Assembly: GCA_963808625.1 (NCBI GenBank)
Contig: CAWEHK010000035.1
Span: forward strand, 46,489-110,488
Length of the DNA stretch: 64,000 nucleotides
Origin: an uncultured delta proteobacterium
GTDB lineage: Bacteria; Desulfobacterota; Syntrophobacteria; Syntrophobacterales; Syntrophobacteraceae
Direction of reading: 5' to 3'
A program made the translations under genes and the position numbers. Positions 55,372 through 64,000 of this stretch are shown in pieces. The notes beneath the pieces are model-generated. The model did not search any database, was not told where the DNA came from, and was given only the letters and a program-made list of their open reading frames with translations. The number at the start of each line of letters is the position of its first letter. Positions within the stretch are counted from its first letter, which is position 1.

Positions 55372-56774
55372 TCAGCGTGGCCGCCTCATTGCCGCCGCAC
55401 AGCGTGACAGGATCGAGAGCACCTCGAAGGGTTGTTCGATCTCCGGGAAAGAAGGGACGCCGAGGGGTTCGATATAAGCCTTGCACTCATCCTCGAAGCG
55501 CTTGTCGCCGCTGAAGGTTACCAGGACCGGTTTATCCGGGTATTTCCGGGCCATCTCCACGAGGAAATCGAAGGAGCGGCACCCCGGTATCCTCAGTCAG
55601 CATCAAGACCGGGACCACGGCGTCGATATTCGGGTCTTTGAGCACCGCTTCCATCCCTTCCCGGTATCCGAATTCGACGCCGTTCACCGAGGCGGCGGCC
55701 CAGATATCGACGGGGTTTCTCATCCTGATGAAGGGAGGGCTGATCTCCTGAATGCGCTGGAGGGCTTCCGGGCTCAGGTCCGGCACTTCAAGGTTCAGAC
55801 GGACGCAGAGGTCGGTAAGCACCACGAGCATGGCGCCGGAGGGGGCGAGGAAGCTGACCCGGTTGCCGCGCGGCAGGGGAAGCATGGACAGGGCCTTTCC
55901 CGCCAGCACCAGGTGCGTGTAATCCCAAATGCGAACAATGCCGGCCTGGCGCAGCAGGGCATCGACGAGGCGATCTTCGGCGGCCATCGCGGCGGTGTGG
56001 GCTACTGCCGCGTGCTTCCCGGCTTCCGTCGAGCCGCTTTTCAACACCACCACCGGTTTCTTGCCGGGTGACCTCACTGGCGACCTCCAAAAAGCGCCGC
56101 GGCCGTTTGATGCTCTCGAGGTACATGATGATCCCGGTCGTTTCGGGGTCGTCGCCCAGATACTCGAGCGCGTCGCTCTCATCGATATCGATTTTGTTCC
56201 CGAGGCCGATGACTCGGGCGACGCCGAAGTGCTCTGCGGTGAGAATGTGTTTCATCGTGTGGGTGGCGAAGTTGCCCGTTTGGGCAATGTAGGAAACCTT
56301 GCCGCGCCGGATCTTGCCGAGCGGGAAGAAGGTCGAGGTGAAATGATGCGGCGTTGAGGTGTGCCCGGAAGTGTTGGGTCCCAGGACGCGAATCCCTTTC
56401 TCCCGGATGATATCGATCATTTCCTGCTGAATCTTCGCCCCGAATTCGTCCACTTCGGCAAACCCTCCGGCCGAGAGGACCACCTGACCGATCCCCTTTT
56501 CGGCGCATTCGCGAAGGGCCTTGGGGGTGTCCTTGGCGGGGAGGAGGATGATGGCGAGGTCGACGCCGTCGGGCAGGCCGGCGATCGAGGGAAAAACCGG
56601 AAGGCCAAGAATCTCTCCACCTCTGGGGTTGACCAGGAAGAGCCTGCCGGCATAATCATTGGCGAGGATGTTTCGGATCACATCATGGCCGGGTTTTCCC
56701 GGGTTTCCCGAGGCCCCGATGATGGCGACGCTCGCAGGCTCAAAAAAGGGGGCAATTTTTCCTTTCATGGTCAT
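55372..56774 (-). CDS. ADP-forming acyl-CoA synthetase (ACD) alpha subunit, frameshifted
   Basis: SVAIIGAS, SAGGFAE, LGPNT-G, GLGNKIDI, KKPVVVLKSG, AHTAAMA (phospho-His), NPVDI. Confidence 0.88.
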
Positions 56775-56823
56775 CTCTCCGGGTAAATTTCATAAAAATG
56801 GTCGCTGCCTCAACCGAATTTTT

Positions 56824-56895
56824 CACCACGGAATACACGGAACACACGGAAACCAAAACCGATTCTTCTTCCGTGTATTCCGTGTGTTCCGTGGT
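56824..56895. repeat. CACGGAA inverted tandem-repeat hairpin
   Basis: ccacggaatacacggaacacacgg / ccgtgtattccgtgtgttccgtgg. Confidence 0.8.
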
Positions 56896-56939
56896 TCAAA
56901 AGAAAGTCAGAAAGAGAGCAAGTTATTCCTGGACGATGC

Positions 56940-57617
56940 CTAAGATTTTTCACTCTTCAAGACCACCAGCGCGTCCACGGCCACGGGCGTTCCGTCGGGG
57001 CGGATCTTCAGGGGATTGATGTCCACCTCGGCAACGGCTTCGTGCTTGAGTCCTATTTCACCCAGGGCCATCAGGGTCTGACACAACCTGTCCAGATCCA
57101 CGGCAGCTTCGCCCCTGAAGGGTTCGAGAATCTTTTTGCCGCGAATTTCCATGAGCATCTCTCGGGCATCCCAGGAAGTCAGAGGGGCAAGGCGGAAGGA
57201 GGTATCTTTCAGGATTTCCGTCAGAATGCCGCCGATCCCGAACATGACACAGGGACCGAAATGAGGGTCCCTGATCAGGCCGCACACCAATTCCCGGCCG
57301 CCCTTGACCATTTCCTGAACCAACAAGGCTTCACATCCGGGAATTTCCAGCAGGCGCTGCCCCTCTCGTTCCACATCCTTCTCGGCCCTCAGGTTCAAAC
57401 TCACCCCTTCGACCTCGGTCTTGTGAAAGAGCGTGGCCCCGGCTGCTTTGAGAACCACCGGGAAACCCATCTCGGCGGCGGCCCGGGCGGCTGCCTGGGC
57501 GTCCCGAACCAGGACTTCCCGCGTCACAGGAATGCCGAAGCCGGCCAGAAACTGCTTCGATTCGTATTCACCGAGCGCCGATTGGCCCTTGGCGACGGCG
57601 GTGGCAATCAAATCCAT
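56940..57617 (-). CDS. ADP-forming acyl-CoA synthetase beta subunit (ATP-grasp)
   Basis: EYESKQFL--FGIP, GFPVVLK, HKTEV-GV, FGPCVMFG-GG, EVDINPL. Confidence 0.9.
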   Translation of the reverse strand: MDLIATAVAKGQSALGEYESKQFLAGFGIPVTREVLVRDAQAAARAAAEMGFPVVLKAAGATLFHKTEVEGVSLNLRAEKDVEREGQRLLEIPGCEALLVQEMVKGGRELVCGLIRDPHFGPCVMFGIGGILTEILKDTSFRLAPLTSWDAREMLMEIRGKKILEPFRGEAAVDLDRLCQTLMALGEIGLKHEAVAEVDINPLKIRPDGTPVAVDALVVLKSEKS

Positions 57618-57826
57618 TGGTCCCTCCTGAGTGGCAAGCTCTCGATAATCTCCATTGCGGCATTTCACCTGGCCGGGAATTTATCCCCGGCCATCGGGTG
57701 TTTTGGAGAATATCACATAACCTCGTGTTTGCAGCATGCGTTTTTGTAGCATAATAGAAATTCAGCGGTATGATTGGGAGGTTTGATGAGCAGAAGGGAA
57801 GCAGATATTTACCGGGGGAACCGCCG

Positions 57827-59188
57827 ATGGAAGGCCACGAAGATTCTGTTCCATCTCTTACCGTCCTGTTGGTAGACGACGAGCCCAATATTCGCAAGGT
57901 GCTCGGGATTTCGCTCGAGGCCGAGGGGCATCACGTTACCGCCGTAAGCAATGTGAAGGATGCCCTGAGCGAAGCCACGCGGCGACCGTTTGATCTGGCG
58001 CTGGTCGATTTGCGCCTGGGTACGGAATCGGGGATGGAGCTGATCCCGGCGCTGCGCTCGCTCTGTTCCTGGACCAGGATTGTCGTCATCACGGCCTACG
58101 CCGCCGTGGATACGGCGGTCGAAGCCATGCGGCGCGGTGCCTTCGATTATCTCCCCAAGCCGTTCACCCATGACCAGGTTGCGCTGTTGGCGCGCAAAGT
58201 GGCCGAAGTGCGGGCGTTGGAACAAAAAGTTGCGGCACTCCAGGAAACTCTGAGTGAGATCTCCCCGGAGGTGGACCTTGCAACGCAAAGCCCGGTGATG
58301 CAGCGAACCCTTGAGTTGGCCCGCAAGGTTGCCGACAGCGAAGCAACGATCCTGATCAGCGGGGAGAGCGGCACGGGCAAAACGGTGCTCGCGCGCGCGA
58401 TCCACTCCTGGAGCAGTCGCGCCGGCAAGCCATTTTGCGTGGTCTCTTGCCCGTCCCTGTCGGCGGAGCTCCTGGAGAGCGAACTGTTCGGCCATGCAAA
58501 GGGGGCGTTTACCGGCGCCGTGCGGGACTATCCCGGGCGTCTTGCCGCGTGCCAGGGGGGGACGCTCCTGCTCGATGAAATCAGCGATTTGCCGCTCTCG
58601 ATCCAACCCAAGCTCTTGCGGGTCCTCCAGGAAAAGACTTACGAGCGCCTGGGGGAATTGCAGATGCGCAAGGCAGACGTGCGCATCATGGCGGCAACGA
58701 ATGCCGACATCGAAGCCGCTGTAAAGGCCAGGACCTTCCGGGAAGACCTTTTCTATCGCCTCAATGTGGTGGACATCGTCATCCCTCCCCTCCGGGAGCG
58801 GCGTGAAGATATCCTGCCGCTGGCCGAGCGCATGCTGGCCTTCTTTGCCAGGCGGAATCATCGCCACATTCTGGGCCTGACGGAGGAGGCGCTTGGGGTG
58901 CTTCAGCGATACGACTGGCCCGGCAACGTCCGCGAACTGCATAATGCCATCGAACGCGCCGTGCTCCTCTGCAGCGACGAGCGCATCGGCGTGGAACACT
59001 TGCCGGTAAGGCTTGCACCCGCAAAAGAACCGATGCCCCATATCGGCGACCTGGTTTCCCTCGAGAAAATTGAAGAAATGCACATTCGGCGGGTCTTGGC
59101 GGCAGCCCGATCGCTCGAAGAAGCCGCCGAAGTGCTGGGAATGGATTCGGTAACCCTCTGGCGGCGCAGGAAGAAATACGGGATCTAA
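57827..59188 (+). CDS. Sigma54-dependent response regulator (NtrC family, AlgB-like)
   Basis: Receiver LVDD..D..KPF, GESGTGK, ESELFGH-KGAFTGA, LLDEI, WPGNVREL, C-terminal Fis-type HTH. Confidence 0.92.
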   Translation: MEGHEDSVPSLTVLLVDDEPNIRKVLGISLEAEGHHVTAVSNVKDALSEATRRPFDLALVDLRLGTESGMELIPALRSLCSWTRIVVITAYAAVDTAVEAMRRGAFDYLPKPFTHDQVALLARKVAEVRALEQKVAALQETLSEISPEVDLATQSPVMQRTLELARKVADSEATILISGESGTGKTVLARAIHSWSSRAGKPFCVVSCPSLSAELLESELFGHAKGAFTGAVRDYPGRLAACQGGTLLLDEISDLPLSIQPKLLRVLQEKTYERLGELQMRKADVRIMAATNADIEAAVKARTFREDLFYRLNVVDIVIPPLRERREDILPLAERMLAFFARRNHRHILGLTEEALGVLQRYDWPGNVRELHNAIERAVLLCSDERIGVEHLPVRLAPAKEPMPHIGDLVSLEKIEEMHIRRVLAAARSLEEAAEVLGMDSVTLWRRRKKYGI

Positions 59189-59441
59189 AAATCTTGGTTT
59201 TCCGCAGCCCACCTCTAACTTTGCTACCGCGAGGACTCGGAAAGCAGGAAAGCGGGCAGTTCCCGCCACTGGAACGGGACCAAGATTGCGTGTGATGTGA
59301 TCCGGATAGCCAAATGGTGCTCTGGCTCCCCATTTCGCCACGCAAATGGCGTGTTTCGGGCTCGCAATCGTTACTTCTGGAGCCCTTCGTTCCCAGAGGC
59401 CCGGCGTGGAATCTGGCTCATCCAGACGATCGGTTCTGATA
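59094..59441 (+). repeat. Direct repeat copy 1 (3' end of the regulator plus about 250 bp downstream)
   Basis: Aligns with 63462-63811. Confidence 0.9.
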
Positions 59442-59874
59442 GTCAGAACAAAATGTTTACACAGGATGCGGCTCGCGCCTCCGCCATTAGCCGGCGTACG
59501 TATCGGTCCAACCAACTGATGATTGACCACAAACCCTGATCCTGAAGACTTAATCGATCACGCCCGCAGTACATCACCATCTGAAAATGTTTGGCGGGAA
59601 TGTGTTGAGTCACGGCAGTGATCAATTCCTCAGCAGTGAGAAAGCATTTTCCCGTTCGGTGGCAGGCTGTTGTGGGAGAAAGAAGGGAATCAGCGGCTTA
59701 TCGATAAAATTGGCCGGAATACCAGTTGGGAAAGGAGAACCAGTGGTCTTCACTCAAATAATGCAGCGGGAAAGATAATTGTCGTTACCCGGTGAAAATA
59801 GTTGACGCCAGGCACATTCTGCGATATCAAGCGCTCTAAATACCTTACTTGCAGGTTTCTTAAGTGGAGGGCTC

Positions 59875-61167
59875 ATGTCGTTCAAACACACCATCAAGGT
59901 CGCCAACCCCTCGTCTGACGAACGCAGCGACTATGTTGAGGTCGACTTGGAGTCGGCGGGCGTACCACCTGATCTATATGACAAGACTCTCCGGCTTGTA
60001 CGGAATTGGCGGACAGGGTCTTCCGAGGAAGCGTTCCAGATCGATTATCCGTTTGGCCGGGAGGCAGGGTACCGCACTTTGACGTTTTTTTCGCGGAATA
60101 CGCCGCCAGGGGATACGGATTACACACGGCACACAGCCGAGTTCTCGCTCGAAGCAGGAAATCCCCACAACTTTGCTGATTCCGTAAACCCACATCTCCT
60201 GAGGGTTGAGCATTACCCTACTCCAGGGGTCGGCGAGGTGCCCTGGAACCCCGAGAAACGTTATGTTGGCGTGAAACTCCTCAACGGCGGTGCCCCCACA
60301 CAGCAAGACCAGGTGTCGTCCGATGGTCTCCAAGTATATTTCAGCCTGGTTCCTAGACCAGAAGTGAACGCGCCGCTCAACTACAGCGGGGCTGCGACCT
60401 CCGTTCTTCACCATCGCGCTTGGAGGGGAGGGCCACCCGAGGCGCTTGCCCCAGTCCTCTTTCGCCCTCATTCGGCCGAAAAACGTTGGGGTCAGTTAAC
60501 CCATATCGACATGGCCGCGCTGCCGTGGGAGCGGAGATCGTATCAACTTGAATCGATGCTAGGCGAACCGGGGAAAGAATCGGACTACACCCTTGTCTGG
60601 TCCAATACAGGTCCATTGCGGGCAACAGTTACGCTCAAGAGCAAGCCCATTCACGTCCGATATGGTGGTATGCCTTTCTTTCAGCCGAACGAAAGGGAAC
60701 TGACCTGCCACCTTTATCGTATTATATCCGTGTATCCGAATCAGGAGTTTTACACGGAGAAACTGATCCTGCGCCCCGACGAGCAGAGGGGGGCGGGGAA
60801 GGACAGGATTTCCATTGCTTTCCGGGCCTATTATTGCTCCCACCTCGATTACCCCGCAGGTTTTCCGCTGACTCTGGCCAGGTTCGAAGACACGCCAGAC
60901 TATTTTTGTGTATGGAGATCATTCGCAGGGCAGCATCGCGGGTATGCATTTGCCTCCGAGATGCATGTTCGGGAACTCCGCGTGACGGGTTCTCAGATCA
61001 GCTGGCGACTTGCGCGTGGGCACGAGCATCGCTGTGTTCACCTTTTTCCGTTCCACGGCTATCCCGAAGAGGGTTTCGACCCATTTCACGAGGTCGGCCA
61101 TGCTTGGTACGAGTGGTTGTATAAGCCTCTGTTGGCCATTCCGCCTAACCGCTACGTGCCGTCCTGA
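59875..61167 (+). CDS. Hypothetical protein, beta-rich, possibly a carbohydrate-active-like supersandwich fold
   Basis: 430-aa ORF with RBS GGAGG; V-NP---R-D-VEV start and NTGPLRATVTL motif. Confidence 0.8.
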   Translation: MSFKHTIKVANPSSDERSDYVEVDLESAGVPPDLYDKTLRLVRNWRTGSSEEAFQIDYPFGREAGYRTLTFFSRNTPPGDTDYTRHTAEFSLEAGNPHNFADSVNPHLLRVEHYPTPGVGEVPWNPEKRYVGVKLLNGGAPTQQDQVSSDGLQVYFSLVPRPEVNAPLNYSGAATSVLHHRAWRGGPPEALAPVLFRPHSAEKRWGQLTHIDMAALPWERRSYQLESMLGEPGKESDYTLVWSNTGPLRATVTLKSKPIHVRYGGMPFFQPNERELTCHLYRIISVYPNQEFYTEKLILRPDEQRGAGKDRISIAFRAYYCSHLDYPAGFPLTLARFEDTPDYFCVWRSFAGQHRGYAFASEMHVRELRVTGSQISWRLARGHEHRCVHLFPFHGYPEEGFDPFHEVGHAWYEWLYKPLLAIPPNRYVPS

Positions 61168-61180
61168 AGAAGGAGGAAAG

Positions 61181-61636
61181 GTGGCTTTCTACGAAGAAGT
61201 GTTCTTTAAGCAGCTGAAGATTTCTAAGGAGTTTCTGGATGAGCACGCGGATGTCATCCGGGAGAAGCTGGAGTTTGCGGCTGCGGAGTTCAACCGGGTA
61301 CATGGCAACATATTCGCCATTAACATGTGCCTCCACGCGGCCAGCAGCGTCATTCTTAGCAACCCGGATTACTTGAATGATACGCTGAACCTGCTCAGAT
61401 GCACACCAGGGTTAGAGGGAAGAGATCCAACTACGGTCCTCACGGTAATCGCACTCTACTGCCTGATTCAGTGGGACGCCAGCCGGGCGGCTTCGGAGAA
61501 AGTGAGTGGACAGACGAAAGCGGAGAGGGACAAGGCGCAGGATTATGAAGCCAAACTGGCAACACTGCGCCAAGGCTTTGACGCGATCAAGTGGATCATT
61601 GGCGAGGGGGCGATGCGGACACTGGAATTCGAGTAA
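61181..61636 (+). CDS. Hypothetical alpha-helical protein (151 aa)
   Basis: RBS AGGAGG at 61171 and GTG start, 13 bp after the upstream stop. Confidence 0.75.
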   Translation: MAFYEEVFFKQLKISKEFLDEHADVIREKLEFAAAEFNRVHGNIFAINMCLHAASSVILSNPDYLNDTLNLLRCTPGLEGRDPTTVLTVIALYCLIQWDASRAASEKVSGQTKAERDKAQDYEAKLATLRQGFDAIKWIIGEGAMRTLEFE

Positions 61637-61651
61637 GGCGCGGATAGGCGT

Positions 61652-62956
61652 GTGGGTTTACGCGGAGAAAGTACTGTGGCGCCTCCAAAAGATTCCGAAC
61701 GTGTACCGCGATGGGCCGTCTTCCTCAGTTACGCTCCAGCCGACGAACTTTCGGTTCTCGACATCGCTGGAGGGATCACACGCTGTGGGGCGACTGTCTT
61801 TCTCGACCAGGCCTGCATCCGAGGCGATCCCGCATCGCATGTGCTGGATGCCCTGAGCTTCGCCGACGAGGTACTGATTCTTGTTACACCCACCCGCGCA
61901 GAGCAGTTGAATACGCGCTCGGTCCCGGCATTTCTCGACCGTCGCTTTGTGTGGCTCGCTATTGGAGCAGCCTTTGCTCGGGGCATCCGAATTCGAGGTT
62001 TGCTGAAAGGGATGAGTCAAAAGGAGCTCGTTGAAGACTCGGCGATTCCCGTATTCATCAGAGATTTCGAAATGTTCGAGACTATTGATTCGTACGAAGC
62101 CGATCTTCTCAAGCGAGTCCAAAATCGACGCCTGACTTCCACCTGTCCACCCGCCTCACACTGCCGGGTCTGTCTGTTCCGTGGCTCCCGGAGTGCCTCC
62201 GCTCTCGGCAGCATCGAGAAACGGTTACAGAAGGCAGGCATCGCGTCGAATAGATGGCATCCCACCTCGAACGTCGACCACTTCGATGCGGTATTCGTTC
62301 TTGTTGGCGACAGAGCTTCCGAGGCCTGGAAAACGCCGGAATTGGTCCGTTTCCTTCAAGCCTTCGCCAGCCGCAAGAAACCGGTGATCCTCCTCGTCCT
62401 TCCCGGTGCCGGCTGGCCGCCGATTGTCCCCGAATGGTTGCGGTCTGCGTCGTGTGTCGATTTCCGCGAATCAGACCACCTCTCATTCCTGCAACTCGTC
62501 TGGGCGATGGTTGATTACCGACGGTACAATATGGAGGGGGTGGAAGCTATGTCGACTCTCGACTTCGATGTCTTCATCTGTCATTCTTCACAGGACTTGC
62601 CAGCGGTAAAGACGCTCGTGCAGAAACTCCGTGAAGCTCGGATTCGTTGCTGGGTTGACCACGAACAGATAAACTTTGGCGATGATGTCACATCAAAGAT
62701 CGAGGAGGGCCTTCAGCATAGTCGGTACGTAATCGTTTGCCTTAGCAGGAATCTTGGGAAGTCAAATTGGTGCCGTCTTGAATACGGTCCGATTCTTAAT
62801 CGCGAACGCAGTTCGCACGAAACGAGAAGAGTCATACCAGTCAAGCTGGATGATTGCTCAGATAAACAAATTCCTATCCTCCTGTACGATAAGCGACGAG
62901 CTGACTTTGCTAAGCCGGATGAAATGTCCGAGTTAATATGCTTTCTCCGGGGCTAG
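61652..62956 (+). CDS. Protein with three tandem TIR/TIR-like domains
   Basis: VFLSY---D...VFLD; degenerate middle domain (VFVLVG, PVILLVLPG, VDFR); FDVFICHSSQD..CWVD..SNWCRLE..VIPVKLDDC. Confidence 0.85.
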   Translation: MGLRGESTVAPPKDSERVPRWAVFLSYAPADELSVLDIAGGITRCGATVFLDQACIRGDPASHVLDALSFADEVLILVTPTRAEQLNTRSVPAFLDRRFVWLAIGAAFARGIRIRGLLKGMSQKELVEDSAIPVFIRDFEMFETIDSYEADLLKRVQNRRLTSTCPPASHCRVCLFRGSRSASALGSIEKRLQKAGIASNRWHPTSNVDHFDAVFVLVGDRASEAWKTPELVRFLQAFASRKKPVILLVLPGAGWPPIVPEWLRSASCVDFRESDHLSFLQLVWAMVDYRRYNMEGVEAMSTLDFDVFICHSSQDLPAVKTLVQKLREARIRCWVDHEQINFGDDVTSKIEEGLQHSRYVIVCLSRNLGKSNWCRLEYGPILNRERSSHETRRVIPVKLDDCSDKQIPILLYDKRRADFAKPDEMSELICFLRG

Positions 62957-63216
62957 GTGCCCTTCGCACAGTCAACCGGCCGATAGATCCGCTTTAGCGC
63001 CGCAGGGTTTAGGATCGCTTCAGACGGACGTAACGTCGTTATCCCGTAGAAGTGCCGCCGGCCTGAAGCCCCCCAGATGCCGCGTTCTGGGAACGGTTCA
63101 CGCTGTGATGGAGGCACCTCGTTCCCGCGAGATCCCCTCGGAAGCCCTTACTTTAGCGCCTAGCAGACCTGCTGACGCAGCCTCAAATCGGGTTTGGGCC
63201 GCCGGCATGCTGTCGA

Positions 63217-63445
63217 TGCGTATTCCGACGATGCCGATCACTGATTCCGATTTGATGGCGATCACTATTGCGAGTGATGCCGATCGCCGTCGGAGCGAAG
63301 CGACGGTGGGCTCCTCTTGTCATGCTGAAGTGATCGGCATCCGTCAATCTTTTTGTTGATGAGCGGGGGTCGGAGAGCGATTGCCCCCCTTGTCCCGCTC
63401 ACTGGAGAGAGCTTCCGGGCAACGGTCGTTCATGAGTTTTCTTCA
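63217..63445 (-). mobile_element. Isolated end of a second IS21-family element
   Basis: Terminus TGCGTATTCCG, three spaced GATG(C/G)CGATC repeats, CGGAGCGAAGCGACG motif; no transposase. Confidence 0.65.
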
Positions 63446-63461
63446 GTCTTGCCAGGGCGTC

Positions 63462-63811
63462 TCTTAGCGGTAACTCAATCGCTGGAGGAAGCGGCCGAAG
63501 TGCTGGGAATGGATTCGGTAACCCTCTGGCGACGCAGGAAGAAATACGGGATCTAAAAATCTTGGTTTTCCGCAGCCCACCTCTACCTTTGCCACCGTGA
63601 GGACTTGGAAAGCCGGAGAGACGGCGGTTCCCGCCGCAGGAACTGGACCAAGATTGCGTGTGATGTGATCCCGATAGCCAAAATGGTGCACGGGTTCCCC
63701 ATTTCGCCGCGAAAATGGCGTGTTTTAGCCTCGCAATCGTTACTTCTGGAATCCTTCCCGTTCCCAGAGGCCCGGCGTGGAATCGGGCTCATACCGACGA
63801 TTTGTTCTGAT
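63462..63811 (+). repeat. Direct repeat copy 2 (orphan 3' fragment of the regulator plus downstream DNA)
   Basis: Encodes SLEEAAEVLGMDSVTLWRRRKKYGI*, identical to the regulator C-terminus. Confidence 0.9.
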
Positions 63812-64000
63812 GGACAATGGATCTGGTGAATAGGGATGGGCAGCACAAGAAGATGTGCCCACCATTCCTGGCTCAGATTGGGCTGAATCAGCGCGTCATC
63901 GTCGGGGCAGGGTTACCTGAGCGCATGATATGCTTCTATCATAGCACCCAGCGTCAGACCATCGAATATCTGTGCATCCAACCCGAGGAGAAAAGAGCTC

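Noticed and set aside
571..56774. Programmed frameshifting or mass pseudogenisation
   Set aside because: Scattered single indels in otherwise conserved genes with no consistent slippery motif; sequencing error is more parsimonious
59875..62956. Canonical Thoeris system
   Set aside because: No SIR2/SLOG or Macro-TM ThsA-like partner in the cassette

Overview
High-GC bacterial sequence, most consistent with an anaerobic Desulfobacterota/Syntrophobacterales-like organism (inferred from gene content). It has five blocks. (1) 1-3.5 kb: housekeeping genes (PpiC-type PPIase end, DUF4301-like, speE). (2) 4.2-14.6 kb: a decayed mobile region with a DDE transposase, an IS21-family element whose IstA transposase is fused in frame to a DnaG-like primase (Zn-less ZBD, catalytic core, TOPRIM) followed by IstB, a truncated tyrosine integrase beside a tRNA-Ala(GGC) 3' fragment (att site), and island cargo. 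(3) 14.8-30 kb: oxidoreductases, an RM remnant, and an operon of a giant duplicated membrane protein, a kinase, a DOMON-like protein and glgP, then ndk. (4) 30-57.6 kb: a large acyl-CoA cluster resembling isovalerate/leucine and butyrate metabolism, with several CoA-transferases, an ADP-forming acyl-CoA synthetase and an anchor-less SdhAB, interrupted by a DRHyd-TPR-SLOG-like conflict gene. (5) 57.8-64 kb: a sigma54 response regulator whose 3' end is duplicated about 4.4 kb downstream, bracketing a three-gene cassette ending in a triple-TIR protein (candidate defence system). Intergenic DNA is rich in palindromic repeats and CTAAG-bounded miniature elements. Many genes carry single-base frameshifts, probably sequencing or assembly errors. 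The best candidate for a new system is the IstA-primase/IstB insertion sequence; the second is the triple-TIR cassette. All family assignments come from motif recognition by eye; no database search was run.
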